A stretch of 64,000 nt of DNA from Vicugna vicugna. Taxonomy: Eukaryota. A model generated the notes under the pieces. It made no database searches and was not told the origin of the DNA. It saw nothing but the letters and a program-made list of their open reading frames with translations. The stretch is taken from the NCBI GenBank assembly GCA_013265495.1, contig MU057989.1, positions 945,513 through 1,009,512 on the forward strand, written 5' to 3'. This document shows positions 27,495 through 39,160 of this stretch, piece after piece. Within the stretch, counting starts at the first letter, position 1; each line of letters opens with the position of its first letter. Both the position numbers and the translations under genes were made by a program.

Positions 27495-30400
27495 TCAAAT
27501 ATTGAGATTTTAGAGTATTTTAATGTCCATTTCTTCAGTGGATGCACTTTGAAATTATTAGGATGAACAATTTAAAAAGAGCAAAGGAAAGATGGAGAAC
27601 ACAAACAGTTGGTTCTCGCTGATTTCAGATTCTAGGCATGACGTGATTTCCCAAAACAATCACCAAAAAGTGCTTACCTCAAAAATCTAGAAATGCAAAG
27701 GCGGACAGGTCTTTGGAAAGTACGCATCCCTACAGCCCACGTGACGGGAAGCACGCGGCCCTCTGGCTCTCCGTTGTCAAGTGCAAATGTGCAGGTGTCT
27801 CCGCGGTGCAGTCAGGGTGACAGAGCTGTGGGCGGGTGCTGCATAATCTGGGTGGCCCTCCAAGCTCCGGAAGGGTTTCCTAACGGATGCTCTGCATTTG
27901 TTTGCATTAGATACAATTACGTGTGCTTGTTTATATGTAGTTTTTATATATATAATTTGATCTGACCTGAGGCCGAGAAGAAATTTGCAACTGCAACTCA
28001 AAGCAACTATTTACACACATTCAATTCTGAAGTATTGCTTCCTGCCCTAAGTTCACAGGAGGTATTGCCGCTCTGAAGAACGCATCCACTGAGTCAGTCG
28101 GGAGCATGTGAGCCCGCCGCCAAGAAGCCTGCCTGTCTTCAGAAACCGTCTGCTCCATGCCGACAGTCAGACGGCCAGCACCGCCACTGCAGGGACTCTG
28201 TGGTTCTGCACTGAGGTATGCTTCCGAGCAGGAACTGGGAAGGCCCCGAGTCACTGGTGGCCCAGGGAGAAATCTGTACTGATTGCTTACGAAGGCTCAG
28301 GGTGTTTTTAAAAGACAATTTCAACTGTCCCTCAAAGGCTCCAGTTTGCACCGTGCTGAACCGCACGAGATGTCACCACTCTCTCTCCACGTCTGCAGCT
28401 CCTCAGCTTCCCAAGGGTCAGGAATCACAGACATCTTCGCAGGAGAGGAAGGAAAAGAAGAGTCTGATAGAGAGGAAGGGTGTGCAGAGGTGAACTTTGT
28501 GGAGCGCATTGTGAGAGAAATAGCAGAGACGTGGATGCTCATCGGCCACCGCCCAGCCCCTCACAGCTGCCACCAAAGCTGCAGAGCCGGGAGCTAGGCG
28601 CCAAGGGAGGGGGCCATACTCAACACCCACTGGAATACTGCTGGGAGGGACCCTTGATGCGCCCACGATCCTTACAGACGATGAGAGCATCAGGTAGTGT
28701 TTCTAAGAAAAAATAGAAATAAAAATTCTGTGGTATTTTAGAAGAATACATTCTTTAGAAGCAAGAGGTATTGTCACAATCATCCATTCTCCGGCACTGG
28801 AAGACCAACAATCTGACAGTGGAACCTGAAGGCAGACCTCCCTGGACGTCGAGCTCCTGGCTGTGACCGCCCTGCCGGGTGGCCATCCCACGCATGTGCC
28901 CAGGGAGCTGGCTGATCAGAATCAATACTTCATGGTGCTGGAAGGGCCAGATTCTGAATGTGTTTGGTGAGGCGGAGTGATAACAGGACTTAATGCAGAT
29001 GTGAAAGCTGCACAGAGATTTACCAGTGAAAAACAAATGCACAGGGCATGTCGGTAAAGACCTTAAACAGGGAAGGAGCTGGTCCTCAAGTTACCCCATG
29101 AGCTGTAAGGTGTCATGTGACTGTGACTGGACAACCCTGGCCTGAGGACAGCTCTACATAAACTCCAGACTCAACGTGGCGAATGTAATTACAAGCAGGA
29201 TTAGCAACAAAGGGCACAGAAGTGACTTCCCGGGTTTCAACACATTTATGTCCAGATGAATCTGTCCCCACTTACAGTGTAAGAGCTCCATCTGAGGAGG
29301 GCTGGGATTCACTCACCAGGCTCAATCCTGCCACCAGCAGGCCCTGCCAGGCAGAGAATGGAAGGCATGGCCCTGCTGCTCTGCCCAGACCTCCAGCTTC
29401 CCGCAGAGCCACGCTCTACTCCCAACCCAGCCATGGGGAGACTTCGTGGGTGCAGGGCAGGAGAGGAGCATTGGGCTTTTAAATGGTGACTGAGGGCTTC
29501 CCCCTGGACCTGGAGCATGCAGGTGGGGGGCCCACCTAGGGCCTACTCAGCCCCAACTGCAACTGCGGGAGAGGTGGCCCCAAGTGGCTGAGGCAGGAGT
29601 GACCATCTTCTCATCCTCCTGCTGAGCCTTTGCCCACCCCTCCTTTCCCGCCTACTCCCTTCACAACTACCCCGGCAACCCTCCCCGAATCACACGCAGT
29701 TCCTGATAAATAAATAAATAAATAAACGCAACCCTCGGATGTTTATTTTGTGCGCCCCTCTTGGACGAGTCACAGCCCCTCTGCTCCAGATGGAAGACCC
29801 TCTCAGGGCGGGGGCAGAATGGAAAACGGCTTTGAGATCCCTGAGGCCTGGGTTCCCGAGCTGTGACACTGTTTAGCATTTGGAATCTCGGCCTGCAGGC
29901 GCAGGAAGCCCTAAAGCCGCAGGCGTGGGGCCCGCGTGCCCTGGAAGGTGCGAGTGGGGAGGGGCACCTCAGCCCCGCGACCCCCACCCCCAAGCATCCC
30001 CGCTTGGTGAGTTACTGGCACTTGACCTCAGATTCATGAATGCAAGTGTGTGTGCGTGTTTACATAGAAAGGTCAGGTCACTGGAAAACACTATTATGTA
30101 TACAGAAAAAAAAAAACCTCAAAATCATTGTATTAGGGATAAAACAAAAAGTGTCCCGTGAGAAAAAGCAATAAAAATAACATCTTAACCACAGCTTTGT
30201 TTCAACGTTGGACACCACCCAAGGCCACGCCTCCCCGGACCCGAGGCCTCCAGCCCCCGAAGGCACTTGTTCTCTGAGCAACAAACATCACACCACAGCG
30301 GGGGTGGGGGGCATAAAGGTGGGACAGAGACACTGGATGAAAATGAACCCTGAATAACTGTGATCCACACAGAAGTTAGGGCTGCAACGACCACACAACA

Positions 30401-30502
30401 CCACGTCTGGGGACGGGAACTGTGGCGCTTGGAACACACAACAGCCAAGCACGGAGACGGCTGTTTCGACAGACAGAGCACCGTGGGCAGCACTGGGCTG
30501 CG
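27495..30502 (-). other. ADCY9: ADCY9 3' UTR (about 3 kb) to a candidate poly(A) site
   Basis: Follows the stop codon; no obvious interspersed repeats; ATTAAA on the minus strand at 27519-27524; 3' end inferred, not observed. Confidence 0.65.
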
Positions 30503-31694
30503 TCACACCCTCTGCGAGACGTTGAGCTTGGTGAGCTCGCTGGTCTCCTCCAGCCCCATTTCATCATAGTCGCTTTTCTCTATGGCTTTGCCGAACCGAC
30601 ACCTTTCTTCGGCTTTGATGGGCTCCTTCCAGGGTCTCTTCGAAGTCAGGTGTACGTCCTTGGCCTGCAGGTTGTGATCGGAACCCAGGGACGCCTGGTC
30701 CGGGTTCTGCACGGAAGGCACCAGGTTGGCGATCTCGTCCGTGGGAGAGCGACCGATGCTGCCATCCACCTGGACGCGGATGTCAGGGGAGATGGACAGC
30801 TGGTGCTGCGGCACCATCCCGCTGTCTGTGCACTTGGGGTAAAGGTAGGTCTTCATCTGGCCTTTGCCCTTGACGTTCACTGTCCCCCTGTAGTCGAAGT
30901 CGTAGCCCATCTTGCTCAGGACGCGGTAGCTCTCCTCGCTCACCTGGATGCGGCACTCCACCCCCGTGGTGTCCATCCGGCTGGCAATGTTGACCGTGTC
31001 ACCCCAGATGTCGTACAGCAGCTTGGTGGTGCCGATGACGCCCGCCGTGAGGGGTCCATGGTTGAAGCCCACCCTGAGCTTGAAGTTGAACCAGAGCATG
31101 TTGTTGTTGAAGTCATCCACCACGCGCATCATCTCCTTGGCGAACTCGAAGAGGATCTGCAGGTGCTCCTGCGGGTGGCCGCCATCCCGGCACTGCGTGG
31201 CATTCAGCCCCGACGCCGCCATGTATGTGGCCCCGATGGTCTTGATCTTCTCGATGCTGCTGTAGTCCGGCTTGCTCAGGAGCTCGTCGAAGTCCCCAAT
31301 CAGCTCGTTGAGGACCCGGTAGCACTCCTTGCCGCCCTCATAGTTCTCCTCGTAGAACTCGCTGAAGTTGACGATGCTGGCGAAGATGACGCCTCCGTTG
31401 TCGTGGTTCTTGGAGTAGGTCTGGGAGACCTTCAGCTGCTCAGCCACGTGGTAGGGGATGATGTTCCTCAGCAGCCAGTCGGCTTGGTCCCTCATGCTCT
31501 GGATCTTGGTGCGGTGCAGGTCCGCCTCCACGTCCCCGTGGTAGTGCAGGCGGTAGCTGACTTCAAACTCTCGATTCAGGAACCAGACCAGCAAAAGCAG
31601 GAGAAAGATGACAAGAATCACCTCCTGGCCAATCAGGCTGGCTGGTTTCCTGCTGTCATGCAGCAGCGAAGCATTGCACGGACTCCTTGCAGAG
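30503..31694 (-). CDS. ADCY9: ADCY9 last coding exon 11 (1192 nt: last TM helix, C2a catalytic domain, C2b tail)
   Basis: ctctctag|C; class III cyclase motifs IEKIKTIGATYMAASG and YDIWGDTVNIASRMDTTG; ends TKLNVSQRV-TGA at 30503. Confidence 0.98.
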
Positions 31695-33449
31695 CTAGAG
31701 AGGAAAGAGAGAAAAGACATGCCTTCTTAAGTGCATCTTTTAAGGGGAAGGTTACTGCCCAGCACTTTCCGGTCCTGAGAGAGCCCAGCTAACCAGCATC
31801 CTGCATAAAGTTCTGTGCAGCAAAGGGACCTGTTTCTGTTTGGAAGGATATGGTGAGATAAAGAGTCACTCTTGTAATATTTCTCTAATAGTGCTTTATA
31901 ATATCTTTGTTTTTCAGATGCCTTTAGCTCCTTGATTTTCAAAAATCTTTTCTTTTTTCCCCCAACTTTTTATTTTGGAAAATCTCAACCTTATAAAAAG
32001 AGACTAGCAAAGCAAACATCTGTACACCCTCCTCCTGGATGCAACAGTTGTTAACACTGTGCTACTTTGCTTCTTCCTCTGTCCACGCACTGCACGCACA
32101 CACACACACACACGCTTGCATGTGGACACTTGTACATACGCTCACACAGGCGTACTTTGCTGAACATTCTGAAAGTCTGCTGCAGACATCAGGACATTTC
32201 AACACCTAATAGTTCAGTACATATCTCCTAAGCACAAGAATACCTCCCTATGCAATCACACCACCATTATCATACCCAGGAAATTTAACATTCTGTGATA
32301 TAGTCCAATATAACCCCCCGTCCCTGCCCAATCAGTTCTGTTTTGCCAGTCATTTAAGACACCTTTTAAAAAATATACAATGAATACCTTTAAAAGTAAC
32401 ATACTGTAAGAAACTCAAACAGTATATAAACAATGGAAGATAAATGTCTTTCTTTTGAGGTCACTGAGCTTGTCCATTCCCTATGGTCACCCACTATTCT
32501 AATATGCAGTTGTGTCCTAACGACCAGACTCCCATTGAGGGAGTCCGTCTTTCACCAGGGCTACCACGGTTGCAGGGGGTATTCCTGTGTGTATCTTTGC
32601 ACATTTGAATGAGCCTCCCCGTGGGATAAACTCCTGGAAGTGGAATTGCTGAGTCATTTAAAATACTGCACACTTAGAATTCCATGAGAAATTTCCAAAC
32701 TGCCCTTCTAAGGGCTGAACCCATTTCAGTGCCCTCTGAGGACCAAGTCTGCTCTCTGGGGACTGTCCTGTGATTCCACGGCGCTGCAGGGCCACGGCTG
32801 GGACCTGAGGACTGAGTATTAGTGTGAGGGGCAGTCTCTTCTAAAGTTTACTCTTTAACTGTAATTTTTTTCCACTCTGAAATAGTACATTCTCAGCATA
32901 GAAAATTTAGAGGGAAATGCAGAAAGAAGAAGATGCCCCCGTCTGCAGACCTTGTTAATGTCTGTTGAATTTCCGTCAGGCCTTTCTTCTACCCATTCAC
33001 AATGCTGTGATTGCTCTGCTCATGCAAATTTTGTCCCCGGATGTACTTCTGAAGTGCACAGAGTGGGCTACTAGATTTTATGTTACAATGGGCGGGCTGG
33101 TCATTTTCTGAATATAACTATATCTAAAATGGACAGACCCTGAGTTTACAAAGTGCCATGGCACAGAAAGCTCAATCTTGTAATCAGTGTTTTTCATGAG
33201 TTTTACTGTTACCTGTAACTTAACGATATAAAAAAAATAATGAAATTGACCAATCTGGCCACAAGGCCTTCCGTGAAACAGTCACGAGAGCCATGGCCCT
33301 GGAGTAACGACACCCGGGCTGTGGCCTGGCTGGCCCACTGCAGAGCTCTGAGACTTTGAACAAGACACATCGTCTCTGTAGTTTCCTCATGTGTAAACTG
33401 AAGATGGGCTAGGGTATGGCTACTGGCCTAAGGTTCCGTGCAGAAAATC

Positions 33450-33934
33450 CTTAGAGACACTGGCAGGGTGCTCCAGGCTGGCATCAGAGAGCTTGGGTTG
33501 GGGGGGGGTTCCCACCAGTCCTTGGTAAGAGGGGCTGTTTGTACAAACAATGCAGTTTACGATGAGCACTTGCCCTCCTTCTGAAAGTCTGGGATTTTGG
33601 TACATGCCAGGCAGAGGGTGGCTATGTGGCCAGCTGCCAAGAAAAGCCCAGGCATCTCTGATGGGCTCCCCTGGTGGGTGTTTCACACACACTGTCACGG
33701 CTCGTTGCTGGAGGAGTTAAGTGCGTCCTGTATGACTCCACTGGTAGAGGACTCTTGGATGTAGGCTCCTGGTTCCCTCCGGACTCCGTCTCATGCACCT
33801 TTATTTCCTGTGGATTTTGCTGTGTATCCTTTTGCTGTAATAAACCATAGCCATGGGTACGACTGACTACTGGCTGAGTCCCAAGTGCTCCCAGTGAATG
33901 AGGAGACCTGGGGGTGGTCTTGGGGACCCTGACA
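33450..33934 (+). mobile_element. LTR remnant (MER21-like)
   Basis: tacatgccaggcagagggtggctatgtggccag...ctgtaataaaccatagccatg...gggggtggtcttggggaccctgaca; start approximate. Confidence 0.6.
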
Positions 33935-36214
33935 GAGGTTCTGCAACTCAGTGCCTAGGAACCAGGAACCAAAGAAGGCCTCTAGGTGCACTGCACGTCA
34001 CTCATTTATTTTGCCAACTGACATTTAAACAAATGGTAGTACCTATTATGTATCTAGTATTAAACAAAATAACTGTTTATTTTAGACAGATTTACATCCA
34101 GCCACCAAGCCCTCTGGTTGGCTTAGGGTAGGGAGAGGAGCTGGAGGGAGCAGGTCCTCTCTGGGTGAGCCCATCTCGTTGGGTTCGGAGTTGACCTTTC
34201 CTTCAGTTTCTCCAAAGTAGTAGCACTGAGGAACGGCCTCTTTAAGGGGAGACGTCACCAGGGCTTGACGTCACCTTAGAACCAGACGTCGGAGAGCCTG
34301 GAGGTACAAGTGGGTGGTGTGCCTCTGTTTCCTCAGTCGTACTGTGGCCAAAGCTACCAGCGTGGCCTGACCCTGGGACGAGCATGGGCCAGTCCCCTCC
34401 AGACGGAGCAGAGGGATATGAAATGTGGACAAGTCTGAGAGGGAAAGGGAAGCAACTGCACTGCTTACTTTTACCTCTGCGTCAAAGGAAGCGACCTAAT
34501 GCACAGACTGACACATGGTGCCCAAAGGGCTGCCTTGCAACAGAGGAGAATTACTGTAACAGGCAGGTGAGAGAATTACTGCCAACTAGAACCCGTATTT
34601 CTGACTCTACTGCAGAAGGAACGAGGAAGGCGATGGTACTACTCCTAAATTCAAACAGAACAGGTCAGTTCCAAAAGGACGAATTTTATGTGACTAAATG
34701 TAAGACATGACGTAACAGGTGGACATTAAACCGTAAGTCGAAGTTAGAGTAAAACACAGTATGATTCATTGAAATGGAAAAGAGGGATTAGATAACAGAG
34801 AAAAACAGAAAACAAAGACCAGTCATGGTCCTAAACAGCTAAATGTGGGATCTGTTAACATTTTGCTGTATTTCAATGCTGTTTAAAATCTATGCCTAGG
34901 ATGCAGGTGGGGCGCACTAGGAGGAGGCACCAAGGGGGTTTCTGGACTGCTGGTGATGTTCTGTTTCCTGGTCTGGGCAGCAGTTAAATGGGTGTGTTCA
35001 CTTGTGGAATAACTTCCATCATCACTTTAATCCTCCTTCCCAACATCTAAATGTCCACAGATATTTAATTTTTTAATTTAAGAAACAAAACAAAAATCAT
35101 TCATCATTAGATTGTAAGTATTACATGTCTTACTTTTCTCATATATAATGAAATACCTAGCTGTAGCTGTAAGATGTATGCAACTTTACATAACAAATGG
35201 AAAATGAAAACCACAGTTGATTGCCAGATTGTGCATTTTAACAGCTGCAAAATTTGGGTACGTGTATCATTAATTAATTTCTTTTCTATTGACAACTGAA
35301 GTTGCTGATGAACTTTCAATATTATCAATCACTCTGATCAATATTTTGGGTCAAGCAGCCTCAACCAAATGCTGAATTATTTCCTCAGCAGATAAGCAAA
35401 AACCACCTTTAATGGTTAAAGGTGATGAATATTTTTATGATTTTTAAAAATAGATTGTCAAATTACTTTCCCAAACTATTGCACCATTCTGAAAAGTAAT
35501 GAGGCATGGCAGAAAAAGCATGGCCCGATAGTAAAGGAGGCTAGGGTTTAAAACACTGCCAGTGACTAGCTGTGTGTCCACAGGCAGGTTCCTTAACTGC
35601 TCTGGGCTTTGGTTTCCTTATCTGGAAAATGGAGATATGGTCACCTACTGAACCAGGTAATTCTGTGGATTAAATGAACCTACACTAAATACCACCATCA
35701 TTTATGAATGCGCCACACCCTGGCCTGCACTGTTCACACTGTAATATTTTGAAAGTACAATGCAGAAGATCAAAGAAAATTGTGCAGTTATGTAATTGTG
35801 CGATGACTTTGGTAGTAACCATTTATCTTCTACTACACTTCCTCTTTTGTGGGTTTTTTTGTCTTTCATCTACACAGATTTTAATTAGCTTTTTAAATAA
35901 CAGTCCCATAAATCTTTTTCTCAGCCTGATTTTACCACCGCACCCACCCCATACCTCAGTCAGTCTTGTGGCAGGGGGGTGCACATTTGGTTCTATTTAT
36001 TATTTGTAAGATCAGAAAGTTATCTCTGTCTTAGAGGCTTGAGAACTCCTTAAATTTTTTCTAGATGTTTATATAGCTTTATAAACATCTTTAGATTTTT
36101 AGAATTTTTAGAATTTTTGACTGTAATATACTTAGAATTTATTTTGATGTTTATAGTAAAGCAAGGGTACATTTATTATTTCAAATTTCTAGTCAGTTAT
36201 TTAAAACGGTTTAA

Positions 36215-36371
36215 ATTTTTTTTCTTTTTGGGGGGCAGGGGAGAGGTAATTAGGTTTATTTATTTATCTGTTTTAATTATTACTATTATTTTTTAATGGG
36301 GGTACTAGGGATTGAACCCAGGACCTCATGCATGCTAAGCATGTGCTCTAACACTGAGCTATTCCCTCCCA
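36215..36371 (-). mobile_element. Vic-1-like SINE
   Basis: gggattgaacccaggacctcatgcatgctaagcatgtgctctaacactgagctattccctcccc (reverse SINE head). Confidence 0.85.
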
Positions 36372-37102
36372 CTGTGGTCAAAATATTTTAGGGAATAAAA
36401 TAAGCACTTTACTTTGATTTATGAGATTTCTTTTGTGACATGCTAATGTCTTATATAAAGTCAAACCAAATCAAATACAGGAATCCCCTGCTTTTTGAAA
36501 GTTTGTTTTTCACCACTTAACTTTGACCAAAGACCTACATTAATACCTGTTTTTGCTAATGAAAGAAATCTGAAGAGGACTTTTGCTTTTACCAAAAAAA
36601 GGCGAAAAGCAAAAATAACGTCCAGCATTTGTCTGGCAGCCAGGGTTAGAGGCAGCATCACCCCGAGCAGCGGGAGCCACACCGCCAAGCTCTGTCCCCG
36701 GGAACCACGCTTGGCATCTCAGCATCAAGCCGCAGGGCTCTGAACTGTGTCTGTGAGCATCTGTGCTTCACCTCGACTTACTGTGTGTATCCGGTAGCAA
36801 GCTGTGTCCAAAGGTAATTGCTTCCTCGTTTCCCGGTTTAGGAAAGATGTCATAGGAACACTCCACTTGCAGACAGCAGGAGAAACCTGCACACGTCTTA
36901 ACCATCATTTCATTTTCCCAATAAGGTATTACAACTATGACTCAATAGTTCAAGAAATAAATATTTTCCACTTACTCTTTTAAGAACACATACATTGTTC
37001 TTTTGATTCAGGATACAACTGTTTTCAAGAAGCTTAGCAATAATCAGTAATAATATAGTTACTCTCATTTACTCAGATATAGGCACAATGTTAAAAGCTT
37101 AC

Positions 37103-37144
37103 CTGAAATTCTGTACTGCAGCAAGGTCTGAAATTACTATGGAA
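37103..37144 (-). CDS. ADCY9: ADCY9 coding exon 10 (42 nt micro-exon)
   Basis: ttttaatttcag|T; (S)SIVISDLAAVQNF(S); AG|gtaagc; phase 2-2 joins exons 9 and 11 in frame. Confidence 0.92.
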
Positions 37145-38684
37145 CTGAAATTAAAATGCAGAAAACTATTGTTAGAAAAAGCAAAGAAGGCATTATACAA
37201 AGCAATCTGAGAAGAGTTTAAACTTTGTTTTATTTTTTTACATAGAGATCAAGTTAGACAGTTAAGGACAGTAAATTTTAATTATAATTTGATACTGCAT
37301 GTTAATGAAGAGTAACAAAATGGTAAAGACGGTGTAAAAGCCTTTATATCAGCTACAGAAAGTAGGTACAACCATCAAAGAGCAACATCAAGAAAACAGT
37401 CTCGCGGGCATTCATTTAAGGTCTTATCCATGGTGTCCTACAGGCTGGAAACTTCAGTCATGTTCAAACAGCAATGTCTGCTGACAAAGGATCAATTTCA
37501 AAAGGACCTGCTGGAGGCGCTGGCAGATCACTTACTGGAGAAGCCGGACTCTGCTATTGGTGGCACCCAAAGCAATCAAATCCCAGGTTTAGGGCACTGA
37601 AACCATCCAAAATTAAACAGCCTTCTCTCGGTGTTAGGGCAGGTACCCGAGACATGCAGCACCTTCCTCCCCACATGCTTCACAGAGTCCTTTGGAGTCA
37701 CATCACACCCAGCATCCACTTGGGCCCACAAATTGACCACCGACTTCCCCACCTGGGGAAGAGCCCTGACGCTCGTCCCCTAGACCCACCAGCCTTGCTC
37801 CCCACAAAGGGGGACCCTGCAAAGCATCTGTGAGCAGCTCTCCTTTGCAGCAAAGGCCAGTGAGGGCTCATAGGGGCTTTTACAATTACATGAGGCAGTA
37901 AAATGACTTTACAGAGAAGGAAAGAAAAACAAGAGCTGCACACAAAATGTGAATTCTAAGACTTTATGTCCTCTCCTTGCCCTGTCCAGACATGACAGTG
38001 ACACTACTGTAACCCACGTGTCTGTCTCCTCCCAAAGCTGGAGGAGTCCCCTCCCCTTCAAGGGAACTGAGGTTCTGTTTTGTTCTCCCCACGTATACCC
38101 TCCCCTGGTTGGGCATAGCAGTGATGATGGGTGGATAGAGGTGTACTGGTTCAAGGAGAAACTCAACCGCCTGCCCTATGTCAAGATCTGCTGTGGGAAT
38201 TCCGGGCAGAAGCCCATGGACAGGTGCCCCATCATTAAGGCTCTCGAGATCCACAGGGAAACAGCCCTCACCAAGGGCTGAATGGCACTGGGCATAGCTG
38301 ATGACACTTGTGATGGATCTAACAGGTTAAAAGGTGGATTGCTGAATTTCATGCTCTTGGGGAAGAGCTTTATAATGACCATAATTCCAGATGGCCGCAA
38401 CTTCAGAAAGGAAAAAGGACACTTTGTTTTGCTTAAAGTCATTTAACTATTCATTAAAGTTTCCTCTCAAATGCTGAATGGCAGTGCTGCTTCAAATTCC
38501 TTTTGATCTTAATTGGCAGAGAATTTGAATATCTTTCATGTCATTATTATTTTATTAATTACACTGAGGAAGGATACTTACTCTGTCCATTACTGACCAC
38601 TGCTTTGGTAATACCCAAAATACACTTTTGCAATTTCATTTGATATCCAGACCAACTGGATCATTTTCTGTTTGAATTTACTAA

Positions 38685-39160
38685 AGCAATGGTTCTCGGC
38701 AACAGTAATACCATCCCAAGAGGACATTTGGGAAATGTTGGGGGTCTCTCTGGTTGTCATAATAATTTGGGGAGCCAGGAATATTAGATGTCATGCCAAG
38801 CAAAATGAAGAAATGTCCCATGTAACTTTGAAATATCCTGCTGGCCTAAATCTACTGTAATTATAAATAAATAGTTCTCTAATATGTGCTAACATGAAAC
38901 ATTTTTATAAGCAGTTACACAAAAAGTCCAATATTTAGGAGATGTTGGTTACAGAAACAAAAGCTTCATAGCTTTAAGACATTACCCTGAAATTTTTGAA
39001 TAAATTACTTACTGTGTGCACTCTGCTATCCAAGCTATCATTGTACTTCCAACAACATATTTGGTTGAAAAGGTTAAAAGCCACAAAAGCAGTTGCAAAT
39101 GTGCAACAGGCAATTTCAGACTCATTTTAACAAACTAAGAGCCAAACGTGACTTAATCAG
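38685..39160 (+). mobile_element. hAT/Charlie remnant with transposase C-terminal traces
   Basis: Begins caatggttctc; translates to ...IVLPTTYLVEK... and ...FRLILTN*EPN..., resembling hAT C-terminal motifs. Confidence 0.5.

Noticed and set aside
30422..31792. 456-aa plus-strand ORF
   Set aside because: Antisense shadow of the GC3-rich ADCY9 exon 11; no ATG start or independent gene signals.
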